In this document: positions 51,376-64,000 of the stretch, piece after piece
How positions within the stretch are numbered: position 1 is the first letter of the stretch
Layout of the letters: each line of letters starts with the position of its first letter
Source of the DNA: Octopus sinensis
Taxonomy: Eukaryota
Assembly (NCBI RefSeq): GCF_006345805.1
Contig: NC_043013.1
Coordinates: forward strand, 46,190,001 to 46,254,000
Length of the DNA: 64,000 nt
Direction of reading: 5' to 3'
The notes under the pieces: generated by a model
Databases searched by the model: none
What the model saw: only the letters and a program-made list of their open reading frames with translations
Told to the model about the DNA's origin: nothing
Position numbers and translations under genes: made by a program

Positions 51376-53960
51376 CGCAGGCATGACTGTGTGATTAAGA
51401 ATTTCACTTTGCGACTTAATGAATTCTGGGGTTTGGTCCCTCTGTGTGACATCTTTAGCAAGTGTTTTCTACTACGGACCTGGACTGACCAATGTTTACT
51501 GAGTGACACCGGTAGGCAGAACCTGCAAGACCGCCGTGTCTGTCTATATGCGCGCGCGTGCGTCTGTTTTATATGTGCCGTTTCATAGACATCAATTAAA
51601 AAGAAAAGAAATGATATTTTACGACCTTTCTAACCCACCAAAACTCAGCAATTCGAAAAACAGATATCGATAACATAAACACTAGATTTTAAAATAATTA
51701 CTAGTGTTGATATGTACTAAAAATCTTAATAAGGGGCTGATCTAACAAGGTCGCAATCCAATGAATGAACCAAGCAAAAATGTGTACGTATGTGTGTGTG
51801 TGTGTATGTGTGTGTCACTTAAGTGCACAGTAGACTATACACATATTTATATACGAATGTATGTACACACACACACATTACTCAATGCGCGCACACAATG
51901 TACAACACGTGTATAGACGCACACACACACACTCATACAGTCGTTAAAAACCAGAAGCCCGTTTGCCAATGTTAGGCCAGAAAAATTGATAGACTAAATT
52001 ATTTCTTAGATGATGGTCTTGAATAGGCGACTAAGTAAAGAATAAGAATGTATGTGGGTTGTGTTTACTCGCAGACTTTCTGCAATCTTTAGATTATTCT
52101 GCACCAAATGATCTCTGTGATAAAACATCTAAAGTAGCAGGAAACACTACGATAATCAGTACAATTCGTTATTTTTGCAGTTTTTTCCCTTCTTTTATTG
52201 ATTTTAAGAATTTGAAAGATTTGTCATATTTTATTCAATGCGTGACATTTCTAATCAAAATTAATTCATTAGAGAATTCTATCTTTAACTGAAAACAATA
52301 GCTAAGTACAATGTTTTTTCTTTTCTTTTTTGTTGTTGTTCATTACCTTTTCTTTTTCTCTATATCTTTATTTATTTTTTTATTTTTTTGCCAAATTTTA
52401 TTTACGAACTTCCGAAAGAATGAAAATAGAGAATTTTTCCACTTTTTGTCGCCAGCAAATGGTAAGTGAGTAAAGGGACGTAACTCTGGATTATCACTGC
52501 TAAAAGTGACGACGGCCAACTAAATTGAAATGGCTCGGAAAAAGCACGATGTGCTTGTCCGCCTTAAATTGGCACCGTGGAATGATTAGGCTATTTTGAA
52601 ATTACACACATATATATATGTATGTATGAATATATATATATAACGACATGAAGACAACAAAAGAATAATGTAATGTACATCTTATACCCCCTGTGCTTCA
52701 ACTATTTAACCACCACCCCTCTCTCAACATATAAAAATGAATATTTAATCAACAGCATCAAAATAGATATTTTTACTTGGAGCAAATAATTTATTACAGT
52801 ATTTTGTAAATAAATTAAATAATGACTAAGCAACAGCTAACCTACATCATTCTATCTAGCTATCTGTCTAAAACTGATTCTCTTAAACAAATAAACCAAA
52901 CACTAAATGTTGATAAATAAACCACAAAAGAAAGGGGGAAAAAAAAAAATCTTATTGCAAACGTAAATAACTGAATTTTAAAATAAAAACAAACTAAAAA
53001 GCAACACGAAAAGCACCATATCACCAAAATGAAAAATGGATGTTTCTAGATAAAATTTGTAAGAAATATTGAGTATATAAATCTTTCTCTATTTTCTCAA
53101 TGTTCTAGTTTTCTAAAGCAGTTGTCAACAATTTCCTGTAGGCAGATACATATACCAGAGAAGCCAGCAAACAAACAAACAAAATACGAAAAAATATAAA
53201 TAAAATATAAAAATACTAAAAAAAAATAAATAAAAAAAACTGAATTTACACTGTAAATATTGAATCAAGATATTAACCTTACAAACTAATTCTTCAATTT
53301 TAATTTAAAATTTTATTTCTCTGAGCAATAAATTTAATAAAGTTTTAGGATCAATAATTTATCAATATGACTCACACCTCTTTCCTTTTTTTCTTTTTGC
53401 CATAATTAAGGATATATTCAAAGAAACTAAAGAGAACAGAGCCAGCTATGAACAACAAAATAATGAATACAGACAAAAAGAAAAAAAAAAAAAGGTGGGG
53501 AAGGCTTATGATATACATCATTTATGAAAACTAATGATTAACATGGGAATTTTTTAAAAAATTTTATATGAATCCTATTTTGACAAGTTATTTGTAATTT
53601 TCATTCACTTTCCATTTCCAATGAAATTCATTGGATTTTTTTCTAAGACAAAATAACACAGAGAAACATAAATGGAGAGAGAGAGAGAGAGAGAGAGCAA
53701 AAGAAAAGAAGCATAAATAAGGACACCTCTGATTAAAAAGCAGAAAAATAAACAAACAACAACAACAACAACAACAAAAAAAAACAACCTCCTAAAGTTT
53801 TTAAAAATTATTCTCTAAGTGACAGTGGAAACCAATAATTCAGTGTTCACAAATCAAACAAAAATTAAATTAATTTACAACAACTAGTGCCAATAGAAGA
53901 GGTGGGAACAGAAATAATATATAAATAAATGAAAAATAATAAATACACTGGAATTATAAA

Positions 53961-54000
<40 letters not shown>

Positions 54001-54832
54001 TATACACACACACACACACGCATATGTATGTATGTATGTATGTATGTATTAAAAATGTTAAAAACAGAGTAAAAAGATGTTGAATATTTATAATATATAT
54101 ATATTGCTGCTAGTAAAAATTATTTAATTTGAATAGAATAAAAATGAATTTTTCAGTTGAAGCATAAAGCAGACATATTAAGAATTAGAAATGAATTGAG
54201 TAGAATTGCTCTTGATATTAAACACGAGAAAATCTCTTGACAAGAAGTGAAGAGGAGGGGGTAGCGTTCTAAGTTTTGCTGAATTTACAGCCTTGTAATT
54301 TCTTTGCTAGTATAAAAGATAGCTAAATAAGGAGAATGACATGATCAATTTAGCTCTTCTCAACCATGTGATACAGGCATAAATGACAAAGATATAGATG
54401 CGGAGAGGAAGTATTAATGTGAACAACACGTGACAGTAATAAAATATAGAAGTTAATTCAAGAGAGCAAACTTTAGTAAATCCCTTATAAATAGAATCCA
54501 GTGTGGAGAATTGCTAGAAATAGATGCTAAACTTAGTGAATAACCATCGCTGTCATCACCATCATGGACATTTTTTCGATGCATTAAAGACAGATTTTCT
54601 TTAAATTTGGTTTTATAAAAAGATGTTTATCTAAGAAGATTATAGTTTTCGTTGTGCATCTGCATGCATCAATGGCCTGGGAGATAACAATTGTTATCAT
54701 CCTTTGTTTAAAAATAAAACTTCCTAGTTTGAATTCAGTAAAATATTATGTACAGAACTTGGAATGAGACACCTGATAACAATCGAGTGCCAGGCCATGC
54801 AAAACCTAAGTGGAAATGTGATGTAAATATGG

Positions 54833-55657
54833 GATTCGAGTTTTGGCACAAGGCCAGCAATTTTGGGGGATGGAGCAAGTTGATTACATCAACTCCAGTA
54901 CTTGACTGGTACTTATTTTATCATCCAGAAAAAGGAAGAAGGGCAAAGTCGACCTCGGCGGAATTTGAACTCAGAACGTAACGACAGACGAAACACCTAT
55001 TTCTTAATTACCCACAAGGGGCTAAACATAGAGGGGGCAAACAAGGACAGACATAGGTATTAAGTCGATAACATCGACCCCAGTGTGTAACTGGTACTTA
55101 ATTTAGCGACCCCGAAAGGATGAAAGGCAAAGTCGACCTCGGCGGAATTTGAACTCAGAACGTAACGACAGACGAAACACCTATTTCTTAATTACCCACA
55201 AGGGGCTAAACATAGAGGGGGCAAACAAGGACAGACATAGGTATTAAGTCGATAACATCGACCCCAGTGTGTAACTGGTACTTAATTTAGCGACCCCGAA
55301 AGGATGAAAGGCAAAGTCGACCTCGGCGGAATTTGACTCAGAACGTAACGACAGACGAAACACCTATTTCTTAATTACCCACAAGGGGCTAAACATAGAG
55401 GGGGCAAACAAGGACAGACATAGGTATTAAGTCGATAACATCGACCCCAGTGTGTAACTGGTACTTAATTTATCGACCCCGAAAGGATGAAAGGCAAAGT
55501 CGACCTCGGCAGAATTTGAACTCACAACGTAACGGCAGCCGAAATACCGCTAAGCATTTCGCCCTACGTGCTAACGTTTCTGCCAGCTTGCCGCCTGGAT
55601 GAAATACCACTAGGCATTTAATTCAGTATGTGAACAATTCTGCCAGCTTGCCACCTG
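54833..55657 (-). mobile_element. SINE family B tandem array (184-bp period) inside an older SINE
   Basis: gcaaagtcgacctcgg at 54943, 55127, 55311 and 55494; the block is flanked by the 17-bp direct repeat atgtgatgtaaatatgg. Confidence 0.9.
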
Positions 55658-56403
55658 ATGTGATGTAAATATGGATTTCAAGTCGATAATTTTGACCCCA
55701 GTGCACAACTGGTACTTATTTTATTGACCCTGAAAGGATGAAAAGCAAAGTTGACCTCGGAGGAATTTGAACTCAGAGTGTAAAGACAGATAGAATGCCA
55801 CTAAGCATTTTGTCTGGTGCAGTAATGATTCTGCCAACTTGCTGCCTTTTGAAGTGAAGTAAATATTAAGATAACATTTCATTTCTAGAGACGTGTTATG
55901 TAGACAGAAAATTTTTATTATTATTGAACAAATTCATCTTAGACATTTACACAAGTTTTCACATCAAACAGAAAACAATACCAGCATTATATATACAACA
56001 TTTAATAGATGCAGACATTTCTGATTTGTTTTTAACACTATTTTCCATGTTTTTCTAGATGTCCTCCTGGATTGCCTAGGTTTACAAATTTTAAAATATG
56101 TGTAATTTGTTGAAGCAGATATTTACTGCTGAATTTTTTAACCAGCTGCACCGACCCTGCACAACCCCTGCAGGAGGGTTTCAATCTTATTCACTTCATC
56201 AACTCACTGTTTGTCACAATTTTACCATTTCTAAACTCTTAAACTTAACTAGGGACCATATGCTTTTCTCTATCTAAATTAACCCCGCTTTCATCTAACT
56301 AAAGGCCTCTGCCCTTCCACTTCCATAAGATCCTCATAATTAGGGAAGCAAATAATATCACTTAACCTTATCTAAATTTATTGGTTAAAAATATAGTTTT
56401 ATC

Positions 56404-56790
56404 TACTCTCTTTTACTTTTTTACTTGTTTCAGTCATTTGACTGTGGCCATGCTGGAGCACCGCCTTTTAGTCGAGCAAATCGACCCTAGGACTTATTCG
56501 TTGTAAGCCCAGTACTTATTCTATCGGTCTCTTTTGCCGAACCGCTAAGTGACGGGGACGTAAACACACCGGCATCAATTGTCAAACAATGCTAGGGGGA
56601 CAAACACAGACACACAAACATATACACATACACTTATATATATATACATATATACGACAGGCTTCTTTCAGTTTCCGTCTACCAAATCCACTCACAAGGC
56701 ATTGGTCGGCCTGGGGCTATAGCAGAAGACACTTGCCCAAGATGCCACGCAATGGGACTGAACCCAGAACCATGTGGTTGGTTAGCAAGC
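56404..56790 (-). mobile_element. SINE family A, 5'-truncated
   Basis: Collinear with family A. Confidence 0.9.
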
Positions 56791-56960
56791 TGACAATTGA
56801 CATCAGTTTGCAGTTTAGCTTTAAATGCTCCAGTAATTAATGAGTTATTTCAATAATTGTTGCTATCAGTAGTATACTAGTTAAACAATGATTAGTATAT
56901 GTAGTTTAGTTAGTACAGAATGAGATCAGTGTCTCGAGGTTTTGTAATGATGGCTCCTAC

Positions 56961-57080
56961 CTCATGCAGTGACATTGGTTTATCATTTTTCCTTTTGGAG
57001 TCAAACCGTCCATAGATTGCAGCATACTTTCTTAATTCCTCCATTCTGTTTGGATCTTCAGGTGACATGTTCATTACCAT
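56961..57080 (-). CDS. nab: NAB homologue exon, NCD2 core: [40 protein letters not shown]
   Basis: Acceptor ctttccttacag, donor GAG|gtagga; 120 nt, phase 0-0; [15 protein letters not shown]...LHE is the recognisable NAB1/NAB2 NCD2 motif. Confidence 0.95.
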
Positions 57081-59914
57081 CTGTAAGGAAAGTCAACAAA
57101 TCTTATCAGTGGAAACAATCTACAAAAAAATGCACAGCTTAGCAAAACAACAAAAACTGACATACGTGCAGCAAGTATGGCTGCTACAATGGAATGAAAG
57201 ACAGTAGTGCCATTGCAGTAAGGTCAATTTTTGTAGTAGAGGAGAAAGTATCGTCAACTGACACAACCTAAGTATACTGTTATTACTTACTCTATTGACT
57301 CAGAACATAAAAATTTTAAACACCCAAGTGGACTACACCCCCACCTCTCTCTCTTTCACCCTCTCCCCCCTCTCTCTGTCACAGTTAATACCAGTGCTAG
57401 TTTTAATTGTAAAAACTGAAAACGGTAGTCAGACATTATATTGAAAACGGTGAAATCTTTGATACGATATAGTTTTCAAGAAAGGAAGCAATCTTAGACA
57501 CGAATAGGGCTCAAGGAATATTTATTCCAACGAGATGCAACTGTAAAAATTTATATAAATCCCCACTCACACACACATACTTTAAATTCCGGTTTTATCT
57601 ACGAATCCCTATAAAATCCTCAAAAGATCATATTTATAAATCTTATACATTCTAAAAAAAGGTTTACTGATTTAGAAAATAAGTATTCGATTTCTACAGC
57701 AGACAAAATGTGTATACATTAAGGTATTTACATGATTATTTATACAGAAAAATTAAGTGGATATTATTAAAAATTATCACTATTATTTAGTTGTTATTTT
57801 TCATGTCTCATCATTTCGTCAATGCTACGCAACTGAACAGAACAGGCAATTATAAAAACTTTGCTCTAAGTCACCCTTTATTTAAGCATGCAGGAGGTGA
57901 AAGATATAACTTAGCAGATTTATCCAAACCATAAGAGCTTTGAAAGAGCCACAACTATAAAAAAAAAATCATCTTGTCAAAGTCAAGGTAATTGATAGTT
58001 GAAGTACAAAGGGTACCTAGACAAGTCTCTATTTCATCTTGGTTTATTCTAGGAAGGTAGTACTACAATATTGGTTACCAATTTTGGTACAAGTTCAGGG
58101 GAGGGGCTAAGTAGATTACGTCGGCCCCAATGCTCAGCTAATAATTATCAACTCTGAAAGGATGAAAGCCACAGTCAACCTTGTGGAATTTGGTCTCAGA
58201 ATGTAAAGATGGATGAAATGCCACTAAACTTCTTGCCTGGCATGCCAATGATTCTGCAGTTCACTGCCTTAGGTAGTACTACAGTATTAAGGTATGGTTC
58301 TCATTAAATAATCCAAACTGAATTCTTCAGTTTAATTTTTCTACTAATATTCTTCAGGTGAAGATTTCCAACCAATGCTTTAATTTCACTGTAAAACAGG
58401 TGATTTCATTTACAATCACAGACCACAATTATAAAGATGGCTTTTGATTTCTCTGCTGTTATGAAGGTAACAAACAAATTTACTGCTGCTGGTAAGATGC
58501 CAAAGATGTTAATGTACTTCTGGAATGTTTTCCAAAGAGGTCAACTGCCACTGAATACTGGCAGTGAATTATATCACCTTGTGGTACCTACTTACAAATA
58601 TGAACAGAATGCAGAATATACGTCAGTTGGCTAGTTATTATCTCACCTCTAAATGTTTTCTCCATCTTTATAAGTCTCTAGAACAGAATACTATTGTCAT
58701 ATTTAGGTTGGTGCCTCAGCTGCCATTCTTTCTCTCTTTGACTGAGTTCAAAAGTGATTCTCTAGCATTATTTATTTGGCAGATAAACTTCAACTCTCTC
58801 CTCTCGTTGCCAAGACATTGCTTCTGCATTTCATTGTTTTTCCATCACTCTTTTATTGCGAACTTTTCTATGCTTGCAAGGGTTTGGAAAAATTTGTCAA
58901 GCAAGATTTTCTTTGGTTGAACACCCTTCCTGTCACCAGCCTTTACCTGTTTCCATATGAGATCACCATGTCCTGCACATACCTTTGTGATGCATGTGCC
59001 TGGTGTACCCTTATCAGACGGATAGTCATGATGGGTATACAGGGCTTCATATATTTTACCCCAGTGTCACTTTGATGGCATACACTGCTCTCTCACTCAA
59101 TAATAATAATAATAATAATAATAATTTCATTGTTTTTCAATCTCTTTTATTGTGAACTTTTCTCTGCTTGCAATGGTTTGGAAAAATTTGTCAAGCAAGA
59201 TTTTCTTTAGTTGAACGCTCTTCCTGTCACCAGCCTTTACCTGTTTCCAAGTAAGGTGATATTTTCCCATGACGAAACATGTTTTCATTGAAGAGCAGAA
59301 ACAGGCACTTCTTGCATTACAGAGACACTTGCTTACAACTACACAACTACCACAGGATGTCGAGGCAAGAAAACAGTAACACACACACACAAACAAACAG
59401 TCTACAAATGCTTCCATGGTTCTTTATCAATTGAACTTCTTCTCTTGTGCATTTTCTTATGGTTACCAATGGACTGATCTGTCTCTCAGTTACCACTCAT
59501 CCTTTCATCGCTGCTGTCCCCTACAGTAAGAACCAGTAAAAAGGGTTTCCTCAAACATCCATCGTATGCAAGTAACTCTCTTCTTTTTCCTTGCTTCCCT
59601 TGTAAATATGATCTGAATTCTTTTAAAACTTGCATTGGTTTTATGTGGCAGCTCCCCCTGTCAGATATTTCTCCATGCCCTTCCTCAGCTGGAAACCTGC
59701 TTTATTTCTGGTTTCATGATACCCTACAAACTTATTCATTTAGCTCTTTCTCTTCCTTTGGAAAGTAAAATATATTTACCCAGGTAATTAACAAAAAAAA
59801 AAAACAAAAAAAACAAAACAAAGATACGTAAAAGGGTTCCTAACAGTGGCCCTTTGAGAATAACAGAAATAGGAAAAAAAAAAAAAAGGACAAAACCAAA
59901 GAAACAAAACAAAC

Positions 59915-60124
59915 CTGAATTTCTCTGTTTATTTGTTTTTTTAAATTTAATTCTTTAGGTTCAAATCCGGGTGAATCTTTAGCAACTCTGGCAGCAGCCT
60001 CTGCAATAGCTATGATCTGACTTTCTACCAGCACTGGTGTGGGTAATGGGGAGGAAGAGGAATGTTGTTTCATATTAATGTCAACAGGCTGGAATGACAT
60101 CATACAAGATGATTGGTCAGTGAA
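59915..60124 (-). CDS. nab: NAB homologue exon (linker and start of NCD2): FTDQSS...[39 protein letters not shown]
   Basis: Acceptor ttttactccttcag, donor CAG|gtttgt; 210 nt, phase 0-0; joins in frame to the next exon, which carries the NAB signature. The 5' boundary is inferred from the best acceptor. Confidence 0.85.
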
Positions 60125-60189
60125 CTGAAGGAGTAAAAAACAAACCAATTAAACAGGAGAAAGCAAAACAAAGAATTCAAACAACAAGT

Positions 60190-60264
60190 ATACATATGTA
60201 CGTATGTAAATATATACACATATACATATATACATACACATTATTATATTATGTATATATAATG

Positions 60265-60295
<31 letters not shown>

Positions 60296-60450
60296 GTATA
60301 TATATATGTATATATATGTGTATATATATGTATGTGTATATATATGTATATATATGTGTATATATATGTATATATAGTGTATATATATGTTATATATGTG
60401 TATATATATGTATATATATGTATATATGTATATATGTATATATATATATT
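60190..60450. repeat. (TA)n/(TATG)n compound microsatellite
   Basis: Seen directly in the sequence. Confidence 0.95.
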
Positions 60451-60839
60451 TATATTTCAGGTTTCTAGAATATTTCAAAGATCTAAATAAATTATAACAT
60501 TTCAAAAATTAAATTCTGCAGAGAAACAGAAAACTGACATATTCTAAAAATCATATAAAAAAAAAAAAAATAAACAAACAAACAAAACAACAGCAACAAC
60601 AACAACAACAACAACAACAAACAAACAAAAAAAAAAAAGCAGTACAAAAACAATCTGATGTGCGGAATTATTATTTACTGCTTTTTGAAGAAGATACTGC
60701 TGTCGTATGCTGATTCTATATAAGGAATCTATTAAGTTTAAGTGAAAACTGCTATGATGTAGAAGCATAAGTTTTGTTGGAATTGAAGCAAAAGTTTTCT
60801 GATATGTTTGTGAATAAAAATATGAAGGAACTACAAAAA

Positions 60840-60916
60840 TAATAATAATGATAATAATAATAATAAGAAGAACAATAATAATAATAATAATAATGATAAT
60901 AATAATAATAATAATG

Positions 60917-60959
<43 letters not shown>

Positions 60960-61204
60960 GAAGAAGAAGAAGAAGAACGATAATAATAATAATAATGATA
61001 ATAATAATAATAATAATAATAAGAAGAAGAAGAAGAAGAAGAAGAAGAGAAGAAGAAGAAGAAGAAGAAGAAGAAGAAGAAGAAGAAGAAGAAGAAGAAG
61101 AAGAAGAAGAAGAAGAAGAAGAAGAAGAAGAAGAAGAAGAAGAAGAAGAAGAAGAAGAAGAAGAAGAAGAAGAAGAAGAAGAAGAAGAAGAAGAAGAAGA
61201 AGAA
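60840..61204. repeat. (AAT)n tract grading into about 60 GAA units
   Basis: Seen directly; one interruption near 61048. Confidence 0.95.
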
Positions 61205-61791
61205 TTATAAAAGTGAGAATGATAGGAGAAAATAAATATATATATATATATGTCAGTATTTAATAAAGTAGCTGTAACAAATTGAAGCCTACATTTATAA
61301 TTATGAAGTATTTCACAACTTCAATCATGAAAAATAGTGAATAATCACCAAACAAGCTAATATAAAGATATCGCATATTTGAATAAAAAAAATAAAAAAA
61401 TAGAATAAAAGTAGGTAAATACAAATATAAAATAAAATGAAACTGTCCACTTAGAAAAGCTACATCTATCTTCTGATTTACGTAGCCATTTACCAACGTA
61501 AAGAGGGGAAGTCTATGGTTCACTTGTATTTTGATGAAATCAAAATTCTGAGTTTGAAATAAAATATATTTCTTAATGAGAATATATTGTGCGAGTATGC
61601 GTGTGTAGATGCATCTAGAGATAAGTACGTTCCCTTAGAAATGCCTCGATGTACATTTAACATGGGTTGGTGGAATTGGAATGAAATGGAGTCACAATAC
61701 CTAGCAGGTTTTAGTCTGGAAAGGTCAACTTTGCTTTTTAGCCTTCTAGGCTCAAAAGAATAAAGTACCAATCAAGTAAATCGTATGTTTA

Positions 61792-62009
61792 TACTCTTTT
61801 ACTTGTTTCAGTCATTTTGACTGCGGCCATGCTGGAGCACCGCCTTTAGTCGAGCAAATCGACCCCGGGACTTATTCTTTGTAAGCCCAGTGCTTATTCT
61901 ATCGGTCTCTTTTGCCGAACCGCTAAGTGACGGGGACCTAAACACACCAGCATCGGTTGTCAAGCAATGCTAGGGGGACAAACACAGACACACAAACACA
62001 CACACATAC

Positions 62010-62056
<47 letters not shown>

Positions 62057-62229
62057 CATATATACAACAAGCTTCTTTCAGTTTCCGTCTACCAAAATCC
62101 ACTCACAAGGCATTGGTCGGCCCGAGGCTATAGCAGAAGACACTTGCCCAAGATGCTACGCAGTGGGACTGAATCCTGAACCATGTGGTTGGTTAGCAAG
62201 CTACTTACCACACAGCCACTCCTGCGCCT
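61792..62229 (-). mobile_element. SINE family A
   Basis: Full-length copy. Confidence 0.9.
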
Positions 62230-62254
62230 ATGTTAAAAAAACAATAGTATTTTG

Positions 62255-62460
62255 TTAATGTGGTGAGACGGGAGAGTTGTTAGCACATTGGACAAAAGGC
62301 TTAGTGGCATTTTGTCTGGTTTGACATTCAGGGTTCAAATTGCGGCAAGGCTGACTTTGCCTTTCATCCTTCATGGGGTGGATAAAATAAGTACCACTGG
62401 GGTCAATGTAATCGACTTACCCTCCCCTGAAATTACTGGCCTTGTTCCAAAATATAAAAC
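62255..62460 (+). mobile_element. SINE family B-related copy followed by (TTA)n/(TA)n/(TG)n tracts to about 62730
   Basis: gactttgcctttcatccttcatggggtggataaaataagtacc core. Confidence 0.75.
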
Positions 62461-62462
62461 CC

Positions 62463-62503
<41 letters not shown>

Positions 62504-62590
62504 AACAATAATAATAATAATATATGTATATATATGTACATACATACATACATACATATATATATGTGTATGTATATATATATATATATG

Positions 62591-62643
<53 letters not shown>

Positions 62644-62653
62644 ATATATGTAC

Positions 62654-62687
<34 letters not shown>

Positions 62688-64000
62688 GTGTGTGGTGTGT
62701 GTGTGTGTGTATATATGTATATATATGTACATACAGATATGTATCTACATTGTGGAGCCGTTATTTTAATGAGTTGTATCTATTTATCACCCAGTGAGAC
62801 ACATCTGCACCGCCAGATGCTTCCGAACCAGTTGTTAAGGGTCCCACCTGTGAGGGATCGACACGAGATGGATCGAAACAATTGTTGAGATTAATAAAAA
62901 TTCCCATATTTTCTATCTTCCATTTACCATATTTATGTGTGTGTGTGTATGTGTGTGAATATACTATTTAAAACGCTATGATTTGGTTTCGTACTATAAT
63001 TTTTGCAGGCCTCTAATGGGAGCCGACTCCTTCAGGCTTCTGGAATATGTATATGTATGTGCATACACACACACACACATGGTAAACTGAGTGTTAGTCG
63101 ATTAGTACATTCACCTATAGCAGTGTTTTAGTGAAACAAATACAAATGCAAAGATGTCGCCTAAGTGGAAAAAAAAAAAAAATTTTAATCCTTAATTTTG
63201 GATTTGCCACATGCACACATCTTTAAAATGTATATACTTCCGGTCCCCTGTTTTTTTACAGCCAGATGCCTTCCTGGTTGCAACCCCCTGCCTGCTTATC
63301 TTTTATTTTAGATGCATGGAGTGGACAATTTGTTGATGGGAGAAGTGACAACATCGACTCCACTTGAAGTGGGTTGCTGTCATAATGTAAACAAAGAGGC
63401 AGGCACACACACATGCACACGTGTTAACACATACACACACACACACATGCACAGACATATGTTTTTATATGTATGTACATATGTGTATGCGTGTTTTTGT
63501 GTTTGTTTACATCTGTGTTTTACTGATAGCCACAAGCTACAAGCAAGCGATGTTGTCATTCCTCTTGTTAACAAATCATCTCTTGAGCTTTTACAAGCCT
63601 TGAAGGCAAATGAATGAAATATGCCTCCTTGCTTGAAAAAAATAGCTAGCTAAGTGCTAATGACGGGAAGGGTATCTGGCTGTAAAACGAGGTCTTGAAA
63701 ATATATCCATCTAACACATGCTAGCATGGAAAAATGGAAGTGAATAAGAAATGAACAAATATTCTTTTAAACAAAACACACAGACACACACACATACGAA
63801 GTAAACACTGATATACATTCAGCTCATGACTCATGCAGTTAATTGAAGTTTCCTGCTCGCTTAATCAATCAGATAGGCCCTGTTATATGAACTGTTCATG
63901 AGATAGAGCGAGTAGAAGCGTAAGGCATCAACTGAACAAATAAAAGTTCTATCCTATATCTTGTATTGAAGACATATATTTTAGGATAAATAAGAATAAA

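Noticed and set aside
54943-55500. CRISPR-like or retrozyme-like periodicity
   Set aside because: Units are near-identical with no unique spacers, and I saw no CUGANGA/GAAA core in them; it is a SINE array.
58850-59249. Duplicated segment of about 105 bp
   Set aside because: Appears to be two fragments of an ordinary dispersed repeat; no added structure.

Overview
AT-rich, repeat-dense eukaryotic genomic DNA, most likely an octopod cephalopod; this is inferred from composition, microsatellite load and SINE types, not from a database hit. One protein-coding gene is supported: a minus-strand NAB (NGFI-A/EGR-binding corepressor) homologue. Six exons (60124-59915, 57080-56961, 46000-45867, 19402-19288, 11092-10887, 7263-7199) join with GT-AG sites and consistent phases into an open 850-nt stretch of about 283 aa. 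It encodes the NCD2 domain followed by a predicted coiled-coil. The NCD1 exon(s) and the terminal exon were not found and probably lie outside the window. Introns (2.8-26.5 kb) hold four tRNA-/RTE-related SINE families, piggyBac-, hAT- and Merlin-like MITEs, a Helitron nested in a MITE, and relics of Ty3/Gypsy, RTE, CR1 and RLE-type retroelements. The most notable signals are: a cluster of four UGCAUG (RBFOX) motifs downstream of the last NCD2 exon; two Penelope-type minimal hammerhead ribozyme-like motifs; a recurrent SINE-into-SINE junction; composite MITEs present at two loci; and a long foldback hairpin. No prokaryote-type system, CRISPR array, rRNA or true tRNA gene was seen.
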